This document shows, in pieces, positions 34,501 to 48,600 of a DNA stretch of 64,000 bases (position 1 is the first letter of the stretch; every line of letters begins with the position of its first letter). The notes beneath the pieces are model-generated. The model saw nothing but the letters and a program-made list of their open reading frames with translations, searched no databases and was not told the DNA's origin. A program made the translations under genes and the position numbers. Source of the DNA: Antedon mediterranea. Its lineage: Eukaryota; Animalia; Echinodermata. The stretch is from positions 23,284,912 to 23,348,911 of the forward strand of contig NC_092675.1 in assembly GCF_964355755.1 (NCBI RefSeq), read 5' to 3'.

Positions 34501-37234
34501 AAAATTGGTAACTATTTGCAAGCTGTAATTCTACATGATATGTGAAATGGTCATTTTTTTCTGTCGTTACAGTCTGTCGTCATCAATTATATATATATAC
34601 GTTGCTTTAGTACAGAAGGTTACCTAATCTCAGTAATAAACGTATAGCGTCAAAATTTAAGAATTTGAATTGAAGTTATTTTTCTTTTCTCTACATTTCT
34701 GTCGTTGTAGACTTTAGAAGGTACAATTAAAATCGATCCTGATCATCAAGAATCCTTCCACCGGCTCAATGCCGAAACTTTACACATGTTACAGCAACTC
34801 ATACATCGTGAACAAGATCTCAAAACTAAAGTCGAATCAGCTTCTAAGGACCATATCACAACTGTGCTCCTCAGTTTACCAATTCCTTCAGTGCATGCGC
34901 CAGGATTAATACAAGTAAAGTAGCACTTCCAATTTGCAAAATCTAGTGCCGGTATCAGACTGTTATAGGTCATTTTGGTTTAATCTTACTTACAACTGTT
35001 ATAAGTACTTTTCTTATTTTATTTTAATTTTAACTTAGACAATTTATACCTAATGGGCTATAACAGTCACGCAGTATACCAACATTTCTATACCATCAGT
35101 AATTACGTATATGAATTTAAAATTATAATAATAGGTAAATAAATTAATAGATAAAAAAATATATGGATAAATGTTGAGCGCATAATTTGTCAAAACTCTA
35201 TTCACTTAACATTAACGTAACAAGTTTTCCATAATAAACATATACAAACATTGGATTGGATATAATATTGATGCCAATATTTAAAAATTAAAATTATAAT
35301 AATATAATTATAATTATAGAAGCTTTCCAACATACAAGATGACTGGATAACGAAACAGGGCATTGTAACAATGTTTTGGAGGCGTAGTAAATCGCTGGCA
35401 ACAGTAAAAAGAAGGTATCATTCAAACAAAATCAACCTCTATGTATCCAAATCAGCCGTTATTTTAACTGATTCAAAAGTTAATACCGGTCTTGGCGATA
35501 CCAAAAAGTAAGTATAATTTTGGTAATTTATAACAATCATTTTAGTTTCCACGTTGGCTCCCTTTTCTGAGTTTCGTTCTTTTTAAAATTTCTTCTCATT
35601 CAATCTAATTATTGTCCGTACCTGTATGGAACGAGCATACAGATATTGTCCCTACGACATTTTTGTTATTGTTTTGTTACTCACTTTTACCAAAAATTTG
35701 ATCGAAAAAATGATTCACATGAAAACAAATATAATTGCAACAACGTAGCAGCTATTTATAAATATACTGGATAGCAATTTGACATTTCCGTCACGATTTG
35801 ACAATAAAATATTTTACAGACCTGTACTTTGTCAGTGCTATGATCGTAACTACGTTGATGTGGAAATACTCGATACAAAATCACGAGAGATGTGGATGCC
35901 TGAAAGAGAATGTGTGTTTAAGCTCTGGATATACGAAAAACAAGACGGTGACTACACACAAATTGAGTATCTTCTTGGTCTGAATCCGGACCAACCAAAG
36001 TAAGTGTGTACTGAAACTAGAATATCTTAGTGAGATGTTGTATTTATTTGTTTGAAATCTGTTAAGTTCCTTTTAAAACATATAATTAAAATTCTTACTT
36101 AAAAAAAATTTACTTTTCGTTGTAATAGAAACTCCTAAATGTTTTTTAGGCCCAGAAAAGTCTCAATCACGAATAAAAGACACAAACCTTTATTTTTACA
36201 ATGTTTAATATCCTCCATTATTCTGTACTATGGTTTGGTCTGAAATATCTACGACAGAGCTTGTGATTTTGTGATTCTGATACATATATATCAAAAAGCT
36301 CCTCTTCTACACCTTTAAACCCCTGTCTGATTGTCATTGTTATAGTTATCATGTTGATTTGTATGACAATTTCAGAGAGGATTTAAATGAATGGAAGGCG
36401 TTGCTTGTTGTAGCAACAGGTGAATCAGGAATTTTCGACGACTATAGTGAGTCAAATTTTATCACATAATTATACATATTTCTCGATATGTATAATTATA
36501 TTTGTATTAAATTAATTTATATTTTGTTGTTTATTTTATTTACTGCTATTGCCGCTAAATGCTACCATATTGGATTCTAGTTGGATGAATCATAATACAA
36601 ACATACCGGTACCCAATTTAAAAAAAGAGAATTTGTTTCCATGAATTCGCTTAAATACCATATTTAATATTCGTCTGTGTTAACAATGTTTAATTCTATT
36701 CTTAGGGCGACCAAGCCATATTGTCTCTGAGTCTTTTGCGACAGATAGGGAAGATGAACTACATTTAGAAGTCAATGACTTTGTAGAGATTTTGCAAATG
36801 GAATATGCTATGGACAAAGGTATAACAAATAGGAAGAGGTTTAACAAAATCAGGCCTATAATTAGTATTTCATTTTTAGACGAACACATGTTATAGCATA
36901 AAGTTAGGGTGTCTAGAAAACTAAGACTTAAGATATCTTAGTTTTCTAGATCTAGAAAACTAAGATATCATCTTAGGTCTTAGTTTTCTAGATCTTAGTT
37001 TTCTAGACACCCTTAAAGTTAAACTAGATTGGTAAACTGTATCTCTGAACTACGGAGTTACCGCATTACAATTCGTTTTTTTTTTCTTCAGCTTGGGTTA
37101 AAGGAAGGCGGATAAAAGATGAGCAGATAGGATGGTTTCCACGTAAAATCCTTGGTCATGAAATTGACAGCGAGTACAGCAGAGGACAAGAAGTAAAGCT
37201 ACGGTACAAACGCGAAAGAGAAAGCAAAACTTAA
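22522..37234 (+). CDS. Chimeric TKL (ZAK/MLK-like) kinase - DH-PH - DH-PH - SH3 protein, ~1422 aa, 23 exons: 22522-23371, 23814-24557, 25109-25151, 25599-25663, 26899-26945, 28819-28979, 29399-29545, 29950-30097, 30297-30503, 30797-30951, 31696-31860, 32023-32096, 32525-32593, 32792-32832, 33173-33333, 33711-33860, 34285-34426, 34711-34914, 35320-35507, 35820-35999, 36376-36446, 36706-36819, 37092-37234
   Basis: All junctions are GT-AG and phase-compatible (4269 nt, single stop). Kinase motifs: VVIK, KEVEILRKLDHINIIKFYG, HKDIKSLN, ICDFG, PWAAPE. The downstream exons follow the ephexin/SGEF layout (LYQ motif, FHQVLGNLERDP, WITKQG, EWKALL). SH3 motifs: EDELHLEVNDFVEIL and WVKGRRIKDEQIGWFP. The three small linker exons are the least certain part. 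Confidence 0.75.
32455..32489. repeat. (AATTC)n microsatellite
   Basis: About seven tandem aattc units. Confidence 0.9.
36907..37012. mobile_element. 106-bp palindromic MULE-like MITE in the intron splitting the SH3 domain
   Basis: TIR gggtgtctagaaaactaaga / tcttagttttctagacaccc; 9-bp flanks ataaagtta / ttaaagtta (8/9). Termini are related to 9253-9685. Confidence 0.8.
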
Positions 37235-38239
37235 CCAAAGCCATGAAGCTATCATAACAACTGTAGATTAATATCTGCATTATTGTTATAACTGTTGTTC
37301 TGTCAGGATGTGTATTACTCGATTCTTCAATATCCACCAACCTCTAAATCCGTAACCTCTTCATGCATCTTCATAATAAGAATAAAATAAATGATCGAAC
37401 TTCTTATGATTGGTATGATATCTGTATCTATATTTTTTAAACATCTCTGAGTCGTAACATGCCATCGAATAGAGGACACAATTCAGTGGTCTGATGACAT
37501 AATTCTCAAGGAACCACATGCACATAGAGCGCATGTACTAGGACTATAATTCAGGAAAATTGTAATCGGTCATTAAGTTAGTGTCCATAGATGGTTATCG
37601 AATACTGAATGACGTTCTGGCGTAAAACAACCAGACCCTTTTTCCTTCATTATGTAATTATTTATATTTTATTCATTTCTGAAATAATAATACGAAAAAT
37701 CATGAGACTACAATTGTATCTATAACTGACTAAAAGATAAAAATAGCATATACATGCAGTTTCGTGCATTTACGTTTATAAGATTAGATATTTGTAAATA
37801 AAACTATCAATGAACTACAGGTATTTATTTAATTATAGTCTTGTACTGTATTGGCGGTAGAACTAAGACTAGACTATAATGAATTATACTTTAACAGCAG
37901 TTTGAGGATCTCGACGGCCAGTCGGGTAGGTTACGCATATTATAGCTAGAACGTTAATGCTTTCTACCTGTTATCAGAGATATCACTGACAAGTACAGTA
38001 AAATTATAATCATTACTTAGACTTTGTGTCTCTCAATTAAACACAGCTTATACAATTCTATTTGGCTATCCATGAACAACACAAATTAATAGGTGGTGCT
38101 ATACACATTTCAACTTATCGAAACACTTCTGGATGAATCCTTGCTGGAATACTTCTCCATCGTCAGTACTTGAAATAATGCACCTCTTTATTTTTAAAAC
38201 TACATTTCTCCAATATTTTTTTCGAATTCCTGGGATCCG

Positions 38240-40687
38240 ATCGCTTGATAGCTACGGCTACATAATGTAGGCATATTTGCTCATTCTCCTTAAATGTTTT
38301 AGTCGCTTCATGATACTAATTTTGATTCATCAGTCGTCATAATGAGTTGTAATCACCATACTGCTACTGGCATGTCTCTATAAAGTTAATTGCAGCCACA
38401 CAGTTTGTGAATGCTTTCTTATAAGACACAAACGATCTCTCTGTCTAACCATAACTCTACAACACTATGATACACTTATATTTAAATGAATGACTGCTTC
38501 GTGTTTTCTGAAATAACACATCAATTAGATTATTGCTATTTTTTCTCAATATATGTTCAATACTGTGTTTCTTGTGCTTGTTTTAAACTTACTCCGGTGT
38601 GGTGTAGTACCTCAGTCGATTTAACTACGCCATGATTGTAATGCAACTTTAACCGATTGTGGGGATAGAGTAGGCTATATTGCTACAGAGGAGTGTCAGT
38701 ACCTTGTGGATACAGGTTTTAACAGAGCAATTTCAGGGCCCTATCCTCTCAACTTGTATACTATAGATTGTAGATACATGTTGTTACAGAGTATGTGTCT
38801 GTACCTTTCTCCTCCCAACTTGAACATTATTGTAGAACCAGTTGTTTTAGAACAGTGTAAGTACCTCCTCTACTCCCAAACTTAAACAGATCGCGGGGAT
38901 AAGTTATTACAGAGAAGTGTCAATGCCTTCTCTCCTACCTGAACTTGAACACTTGTTATCGACTTGCTGAGATTGCTTGTTTAATACGACTAGGCCTACA
39001 TCATTCGCATATGATCATTCTTCTCCAATGTTTTGCTCGCTCCATTTTTACTCTATTTAAACCTTATTCTTCCTTTTACGGTTCATAGAGCTGGTTTTCT
39101 GTGCAACTGCTATAGTCGAGTCGAAAGGCCGCAACCCATAGCTATACAATCAGCACAAGTTCAAGTCACTCCTCGACCATCTCTGGTGGTAGAACAAGTC
39201 TCCTCGTGTTCATCTTTCGGAAGAGTAAGGGGTTACCCTGATGCACTGGTTCATATATTCGTTGTGGAAAGACGAGCATGCGCCGTCAGCACTCGACAAT
39301 ACTCTTTATTCTCTTAGAGGGGAAGAAATTAAAGTACAGTTAGGCCCGCAAGCCATCGTTAATTCCTCCCCTTGTACAGGACTTTCTATTTAAAGCGGCG
39401 TCAAAGCTTTCGTACACTTAGTCTAACTTCGTCCGACTATCAGTAGATTTTCCTTTGCTCATCTGACCATGTATCGTCATCGCTTGATAGCTACGGCTAC
39501 ATAATGTAGGCCTATTTGCTCATTCTCCTTAAATGTTTTAGTCGCTTCATGATACTAATTTTGATTCATCAGTCGTCATATCAGAGTTGTAATCACCATA
39601 CTGCTACTGGCATGTCTCTATAAAGTTAATTGCAGCCACACAGTTTGTGAATGCTTTCTTATAAGACACAAACGATCTCTCTGTCTAACCATAACTCTAC
39701 AACACTATGATACACTTATATTTAAATGAATGACTGCTTCGTGTTTTCTGAAATAACACATCAATTAAATTATTGCTATTTTTTCTCAATATTTGTTCAA
39801 TACTGTGTTTCTTTTGCTTCTTTTAAACTTACTCCGGTGTGGTGTAGTACCGCAGTCGATTTAACTACGCCATGATTGTAATGCAACTTTAACCGATGGG
39901 GATAGAGTAGGCTATATTGCTACAGAGGAGTGTCAGTACATGTGGATACAAGTTTTAATAACAGAGCAAATTCAGGGCCCTATCCTTTCAACTTGTAGGC
40001 CTATAGATTGTAGATACATGTTGTTACAGAGTATGTGTCTGTACCTTTCTCCTCCCAACTTGAACAATTATTGTGGAACCAGTTGTTTTAGAACAGTGTA
40101 AGTACCTCCTCTACTCCCAAACTTAAACAGATCGCGGGGACATTAGTTATTACAGAGAAGTGTCAATGCCTTCCCTCCTACCTGAACTTGAACACTTTGT
40201 TATCGACTTGCTAAGATTGCTTGTTTAATACGACTAGGCCTACATCATTCGCATATGATCATTCTTCTCCAATGTTTTGCTCGCTCCATTTTTACTCTAT
40301 TTAAACCTTATTCTGTGCAACTGCTATAGTCGAGTCGAAAGGCCGCAACCCATAGCTATACAATCAGCACAAGTTCAAGTCACTCCTCGACCATCTCTGG
40401 TGGTACAACAAGTCTCCTCGTGTTCATCTTTCGGAAGAGTAAGGGGTTACCCTGATGCACTGGTCCATATATTCGTTGTGGAAAGACGAGCATGTGCCGT
40501 CAGCACTCGACAAGACTCTTAGAGGGGAAGAAATTAAAGTACAGTTAGGCCCGCAAGCCATAGTTCATTCCTCCACTTGTACAGGACTTTCTATTTTAAG
40601 CGGCGTCAAAGCTTTCGTACAGTTAGTCTAACTTCGTCCGACTATCAGTAGATTTTCCTTGGCTCATCTGATCATGTATCGTCATCG
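38240..40687. repeat. ~1.24-kb head-to-tail tandem duplication (38240-39478 / 39479-40687)
   Basis: cgcttgatagctacggctacataatg at 38242 and 39481. The units are colinear with small indels, and each carries a decayed DeuSINE-like piece (ctggtggtagaacaagtct..aagagtaaggggttaccc). Confidence 0.95.
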
Positions 40688-41639
40688 TTTGCTCATGTAT
40701 AGGCCTCCAACTCTATTCAATTCTCATGCATGCTTTTTTTCCGTATAGCTGGAGGCTGGGTACCGGGGAAAAAATTCGGTAGGCCTACGGACGACCATAC
40801 AAATAAATTCGTGTAAGGTACCAGTCCACGAAAATTAATTAGGTGAAAGCAATGCGTTGAGACCTGATTGTGAATCAAGGATAAGGTACAGAAGCAGCGG
40901 AAGAGATGAAATAGACAACAGGAGCAGGGGAAATCCTGATATACCCTTTGAGGTTTTCAATCTATTGCGAGAGGGGGTGTAGGCGCTCTGTAGTATAAGA
41001 TCACAGCAGTAGTAGGCCTAGTAGTAAACACTAAAACATTTGTCCATATTGAATGCATATGCAAAATTCCAGTGCTACTACGGTCTGGAAGTGGCGCTAC
41101 GACCATAGGCCTAACGGTTTTGTTTCCTTCCTGTATCCAGTTACTAGGAAAGAGATAAACAAATCTCAGAAACCAGTTTTTAACACACGGAGGGTTGACC
41201 TCTACAACGTATTGCAGCTGGCCTCTATATCATTTTAAAAATGACATTCACATTACAGTTAAACCAAATAAATTATAGAAATTAAAACTAAATGGAGAAA
41301 ATGGTAACTCAAAGAAATTGTAACAAACACATAGGCCAGGCCTACTGACAATCAAGGAATGTCGACTCTCGGGCCAAAATAAAACAAACAACATCTATAT
41401 ATTTTTATGGAGACAATTTGGATGCACATTCCTTATATATAGACGTAATGTTTGCTCAAATACGGTACTTCAACAGCTTGCTTTTATTGTGACCGTATAG
41501 TTTGTAGAGTAAAACATGCTTGCTCGCTAGTCATAGGCCTAATTAGCCTTGGACTGACTTCGATGGCAAATAGTGTATTGATGCGGTTGCCGGGGCGATA
41601 TATTGTGAGGCAGTGCTTCAACTCGCTTGCGACGTGTGA

Positions 41640-41879
41640 TTACATTATCATAATTACCACAGTCAAGCTGTGTTGCTGATCGCGTCTTCTACTCCCGCTC
41701 TAGTGCTTGTATTGCCGTACAGTAGATTTTTAATAAGCATCTGCCGTAGCCTACCGCCATCTTAACCCGCTTTTCCTTATTTTGCATTGTAACTCCTACT
41801 AAAATGCACTGGAAGTTGTGCTGAGAATTGCTTCAAGACTTGACCCATGCAGCGACCCGCCTGGGAAGCGACGACAACG
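41640..41879 (+). promoter_or_regulatory. Candidate promoter and first exon of the RGS gene
   Basis: Locally CpG-rich with a YY1-like ccgccatctt near 41755. ATG at 41847 gives MQRPAWEATTT, ending at a GTACGT donor in phase 0, compatible with the acceptor at 51648. Confidence 0.45.
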
Positions 41880-44800
41880 GTACGTACTTACATATTTACA
41901 CGATTTTTGTTCTTGTACTACTTTACATAGGTTAATTCCAATGTATATTATTTCTTTGATAAGACAATCGTTTTACAGTTATATCGTACTTGTAATAATC
42001 GTGTGTATAAAAAAAAAATTATGCTCATGTTATAAATGTGTTTAAAATTATTATAATCATCATTATAGTATGTAATAATAAGCTATAAAAGGAGCGAGAT
42101 GAGGTAGGCCTATATGGATTTTGAGTATGAAAAAAAACAAAGAAATCGCCTTGAATAAGACTGACCTTTATCTTCTGTTTTAGCCTACCGGCACTTTAGT
42201 GTATAATGGTACAATGTTGCAACCACTCTACTTTATGCATAGAGAAAAGAAAACAATAATGGATTATTATAATGTGCATAATCACAAGTGTCATCAATAG
42301 AAGGTGATACAATTTCTTCTATGTATGTAAATATATAAATTCACACTATAAATACCGTACGCATTTATAATTAATATATCATCAAATAGCATAATAAATA
42401 AAGGAAATAAATATTATACTATTTTACTATATAGAAAAAACAGGCAGCATTTAATTATGTGGAGTGATAAAGGGTTTAATTTTGTTATTTTTTATGTCTA
42501 TTCTACTTTTCTGTTTTTGTTTTTTCAATTGGTTCAGTCTTTTTGGTTTTTAAATCGGTTTCGAACAATCATTCATTTTCATACAATTTAGTTCACGTGA
42601 CAGACCCAGTGAACACAACATAGAGTGGACCCCAGTAGTTCTTATCACTCTCATGAGCATTTATTTTGATAGGCCTAGTAATTTTATCATCCAACCAAGA
42701 GTAAAGTGTTAAACACTGCTAATTTTTTAGTATAGCTTTATAAATTAATAAGAGCAAGCTTAATGTGTCGTATCAGCAAAAATGATGGGATTCGAACTGC
42801 TTCTCACGCTATTATAGTTCATTGTATTTAGTATGGTATAATAATATTGTCATTACAGTATTATAATGCAGGGCTAATATGTCATTCCCTGTTCATGGTG
42901 TCATAGTTCATTATCGGCCTGTTGATAATATCATATTTAATTAATTTAATTCAAATGAAAACTCTGATAGTGATAATTATCATAAAAAGCAGGTCGATAT
43001 TTCTTGTTGACATTTTTTTATTTCAGGAATTACAGTAACCCACAGATTACACCTTAATTTCACATACTATTCCTGAATGGATTAGGTCAATTAATATATT
43101 ATAATTGATAAGTAATTGATTACAAATAACTGTGCTCTCATTATCGTGTTTACACACATATTGTACTATGGTACCATTTTGTTAAACGAATGTATAATGG
43201 TATCAATTCTTGCTGATAAACTGTTTTGAGACAACGTTCCATTGATAAGCTAACTCTAGCTCAACTCAAAACAAACTACTGATACGATTAATATATTTGA
43301 TGAGAAAGGAAATATTACCAAAAACAAATAAAGCAACAACATTTTATTGCAAACATTTCTTCTGAATCCAAGAGTTGACTGCTTCACTCAACAATCATTC
43401 CACACAATATTAATCGACGTAGGCCTATACATAGGTAACAATCTCAATGTCAGATCTCTCTTTATACGCTATAAAACTTATTCAACATAATTTTGGTGAC
43501 GCATGTTCATCATGCTATTCTGCAAGGTCAAAGAAAAACAAAGTTTTGCAAAATAATATGGTTCGGTTGTACTTCATGAAGGGCCAAGGTATCATATAGA
43601 ACAAAAAGAGTTAGACGAATTAAGACTATAGAGTTGAATAGACATAAGATTGGTACCACCGTACTTAAATGTTAACTTTAAGAAAGTTTGTGATGATCAT
43701 AATCATATATATAATATATGCATGTTTTCTGTGTTTGATGGAAGGGTTAACCCTTTTAACCATTTCTTGAATATTTCTTCTAATCCTCATACATTTTTCT
43801 TATATAATTGTTTGTGACAGAATAAATAAATGAATGATCTTCTATACGGTACATGATTTTGAAATAGGGGAATTAGGAACTGAATTACAGGTGCTGAAAG
43901 TAATGCTGAAAGAAATGTAATTTCCGAATTTTAGGGGCTGGGTAGAGCCTCATATGTATGCACACAATTGGTTCTTGAAATTTCAAAACATTTTTTAAGC
44001 ATTCGATTATTTTTATAACATTGATTCATCTGTTCATTGGTCAATGTTTTCATTACAGTATTAATTCACTTCATTTTATTCAATTGTTCAAATATTCATT
44101 CACATCATTATAATATTAATCAGTTATTATATTCATTCAACCATCTCGTTCATATTCATTCCATTCGTTGCATTTTGGTGTGTGTATACAACAGCCGATT
44201 CTCTCTTCTGTATTTAGATTCTCCTCGTATTGTATCTGGAAAATTATGTTAGTTATTTATTATGTACTAACTACTGTAACATAGACACGATGTAAAAAGT
44301 AATACTTCTTACAATATACTGTATTTCATTCTTTCATTTTCATTTATTTTGCCTCAAAACGAAACATAACAATAGTATTAATACAATACATGGAAAAGTA
44401 AAACAGGCATAGACATGATTCTTTAAAAAAAATCAATTATCTAATAGGTTTGCTATTGCACTGGAGAGAAAACCTTTATAATATAAACACAAATATATGG
44501 ACATTTTTGGTGAAAATAGCTTTATAATATATTATGTTTATGCACAATAATAATAAATAAATTTGATTGAAATTAACTATATTTTTGGGGGGAAAATAAG
44601 AAAAGACACTATAATAATAAATAGCAAAATATAGAACAATCTTACCAAAAATATAATTTGAAATTGTTATAAATTCTAAATATTTAAAATTAATGAATCT
44701 CACATTTCTTATAGTAGGACTATATTAGTACCGTAGTAATTCCTCTCATGTGAAATTTCACAAGGTACGTTTTGCGAAAGTCGAATGATATTAAACTAAT

Positions 44801-47800
44801 TTTAATATATCGAAACTGGTAATAGGCTATACGATTATTATATATACCTATAATTATTATAATTCAAGTTCAGTATCGCAGCATTAGTATTTTTTGTTTA
44901 CAGTACAGGTACACAAATATATATATATATACAGTGCGCTATTATATGTTGTTCCTTCTTTACTCAATTTTCTTAAACCTTTCACGGCAATTGAACGTTG
45001 ACATTTCATTACAGATTGTTTAAAATACACCTTACAGTATTGTAGGCCTATTTGTTTGCTTGTTGACAAACTCTTTGTCATTTTGACTCGCCATGTGTGT
45101 ATAATACAGCAACAGATCCTTACCCACAAGGTCACCATCCTCATGTAATGTTCGGAACACTAGCAAGTACATTAGGATTTTAACTATTTAAATTAAATTA
45201 TTTTTACTTTTGTAACTCGGTCTAATTAAGGTGGTCATTTATTGTAAAGCAGTCAGTATGGGCCTACCGTGTTGAAAACAGCTGATATTAAAGCTAACTC
45301 TAAAATCGTAAAGGCCCGAGGCGATACTCGTTTCATCCTTATGGGTGGTCAGTCTATTTGTATTTCTGCGGCAGGCTATATAATAACAACTTTATTTTAA
45401 AACGGATGCAACACTTGAATCACCAGATTGGCCGTTAATTACTGTAAAACTATTTACACAAGTTATCATTTACAGTATACATATGATTCAAAAACTATAA
45501 AAAAGAGACATAACTGATACAATTAAATAAAAAGATTTTATGAAAAACATAGAGTTTCAGGTATATCTTATCTTTGGTCATATTTTTAAATATATGTATT
45601 AGGAGCTGTAATTGCATTTGAGTTTATATCATTTAAACTATTCCATAGCTTTGTGCCAAAATATGAGAATCTTTTCTCATACTCAGTGTTTGACTTCTGT
45701 AAACCTAGAATATCTTTTCATCTAGTATTATATGTTAGTTTACGTTCATGGGCTCATTACATTTGAACATTGCCTCTCTTTTAATTAAATTAAAAGGCAA
45801 ATAATAATCATATTAAATTTATAAACTAGCCCACGTGATGATTCATCAGGCTACGCATAACAACTACACATTTATTCCAAGAATATACTGTAGGCCTATG
45901 GCACATAATTTATGTATGTATTATTTTATGTGGCTATTCAATACCGTACCAAATGTAACAGATAAGAGCACTTCAAGACTAAAATCGACAGAAAAGGCGG
46001 GGAAGCTAGATTATTAATTAATTATTCAGTTTAAGTTAGTGACCTCCTACCAATAATTGACCCATAAAATCAACTTACCACCTTATTAAATAACTAAGCA
46101 AGAACTGCCATTAGAACATGTTTATAATAACTTTTATGACATCCACCATTTTGAAAGACCAATATCATTATAGACAGAAGCAATTATTTTATTTCGAGTT
46201 ACAGTACTATGTCCGGTCGAAGACATTCTGAATCTTGAACAAAAATATAAAAGTAAATTTGTTAAACCATGGGCAGAAGATTTAGTATAACATTCGTTAG
46301 TCGGAGACTAAAACGTTTGAAATTTAAACGAATCAAGAATTGAAATACTATATACAGTACACTACGTGTGTGTATTGGATTATATTTGTATAGGACTACA
46401 GTATACATTGTATTGTAGGCATATACTGCTTGATGTCGATATCTCAATCCGTAGTATTCTAGATTCATATTCTTTCACCATTCATGATGATGTTGATATT
46501 AATTAATTGGGCCTACCGGTAATAGAAATAACATGTCAACAATTATGTTAATTTATTCATTTATGCACACACTAATCTAAATAATGATTATTATATATAC
46601 CATTGTATTATACTCACAATATACAGCCCATGTACAGCAGCAAACCAGCTGTTTGCTCTTGGCCAATCCATTCAGGCTGCCGCGGTTATGTTAATTATGT
46701 TTGTATATTTGTTGTGTTTGTATGAAAAAATATAGATGCTTATGTTAATGATTTCATGATGATTGTGATATAAAATATATACAAATAAAATCTAACTGTA
46801 ATAACATACAACACACGTTTATTTTATGCAAGAGCACATCTCCATGGTAAGACCAACTCATGTTATACCTGTCGATGTCCTTATTTTCCCGGTCATAACC
46901 TCGTTTTTCTAGCAGTTTTTTTCATTTTTACGTATATGGTTTTCATTATTTAAACCTAATACATACTTCATGTTATGAGAGAGAGAAAACATGCACATGT
47001 TATCTATACCTTTTCTCCTTACATTTCGGCTTTTCAAGCATGAAATAAGACTTGTTTAAAACATCTCGTGCGTATGTTTGTCCGATTCTTTGTGAACAGG
47101 GTTGCTGGCCACATTTAATAAAGAGGATAGTGAATGAAATCACAAAATTGTTAAAATCAAAATTGTTATCATTCGGTATGCCTAAATTGTGAATACAAAC
47201 AGTTATGCTGTGACTCCAGTAATATTATATAATAGAAGAATTATTTATAACAATGCCTTTGTTGTTAATTTCAAAATTATTCCAACCTTAGTGTGTTTCT
47301 TTGTTTCGACTGAAGCATCTTATGTTTCCTTATAATGTAGTATGTGGCATAAAACAGTTGTTCTTGGTAATAGGCAATATGGTTTATAAACTAACCGCAT
47401 TCGGTAATCTAAAGATTTAATTGATTGCCTCTAGTATAATGAATTTTGATTGCTTCCTTCTTTTCATCTGTTATTTAGATCATTCACTACAGACCATTGC
47501 AGTTGTAAAGTCATTAAGTTGTGTGGTTACGATTGAGTGCAGCCAGGGAGGTATAGATATAGGTACAGATACCTCCCTTCTACAGCACACCTACTATTAC
47601 AACATTATAACATTTGATTAAATGAGATACAAATTGAAGCTGAAATAGGTTTAAATATTTTCCTTATTATGTCATGCACTTTTTTAAAGCCGAACCTGTA
47701 AATTGTCTCCCACCCCGATGCACTTTTCACAATCAGGGATTGGTAAAATAAATCTCCCTGCACAAAAATACTTCATCTGCTTTCATTTGGCCAGCCATTC

Positions 47801-48487
47801 AATTCGTTCATTAAAAACTAATTAATCTATTAAAGTTAGGTTTGTGGTACACCATTTGTTTTCAAAGGGAAATGGTTGTGATGTTACGGTTTTCATGCTA
47901 CAACAGGGAGTAAACTTTGTTTTTTTAAATTTATAACTTAATTTACAACTCTCTGCTGTAACCGTCTTCAGGAGGAGCCTATTCTCTCTCTCTCACGTGA
48001 TGTACCACACAACACTCAACTTTTAGTCATTAATAATTATGTTCCTATATTAAATATGTTAATTAAAATATTATATTTAATTATGTCTGATACTTTCAAA
48101 TTTAAAAAAAATATATATATATAATTATATATAAATATAGTGCACGTAAAAGAATACGTATGAAATTACCATTTATTTAGGTGAGTACTTACCCGCATTA
48201 CCAATGGGTTTTTAGAAACAAATAACAGAGATAAAATAAATAATGTTTACAATTTCGATTTTTATCAAGCAAACATGTCTGCCTTTGTACAGCTACCCTG
48301 TAACTGACCACCATGAGAACGGTTGTCCTGTTTATTAATTAGATGAAATCCATTGAGTTTGTTGACTACATTTTTTTAATGAGCCAAGCCAGGACCAAAA
48401 AGGTTTTGTTTTGAGTACCGGTAATGTGTGATAATGCACAACAGATGATATAACAAAACCCATATAAAAGCACGAATATACAAGCTA

Positions 48488-48600
48488 AAAATAACAAGGC
48501 CAACAGCCATAAGTCGCGTGCTAAAACGCATAGTGATACCGGACCGACAGACCGACCGACATATAGTGAACTATTAGAGTCGCGTCCACGCGACTAAAAA
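48488..48600. mobile_element. Helentron-associated (DINE-1/HINE-like) short element
   Basis: agtcgcgt motif near both ends, internal gacc/gaca microsatellite, terminal hairpin agtcgcgtccacgcgact followed by an A-run. Confidence 0.55.

Noticed and set aside
39033-40522. Duplicated ORFs MLAPFLLY..
   Set aside because: They have non-ATG starts, overlap SINE remnants within the tandem duplication, and show no recognisable domain.
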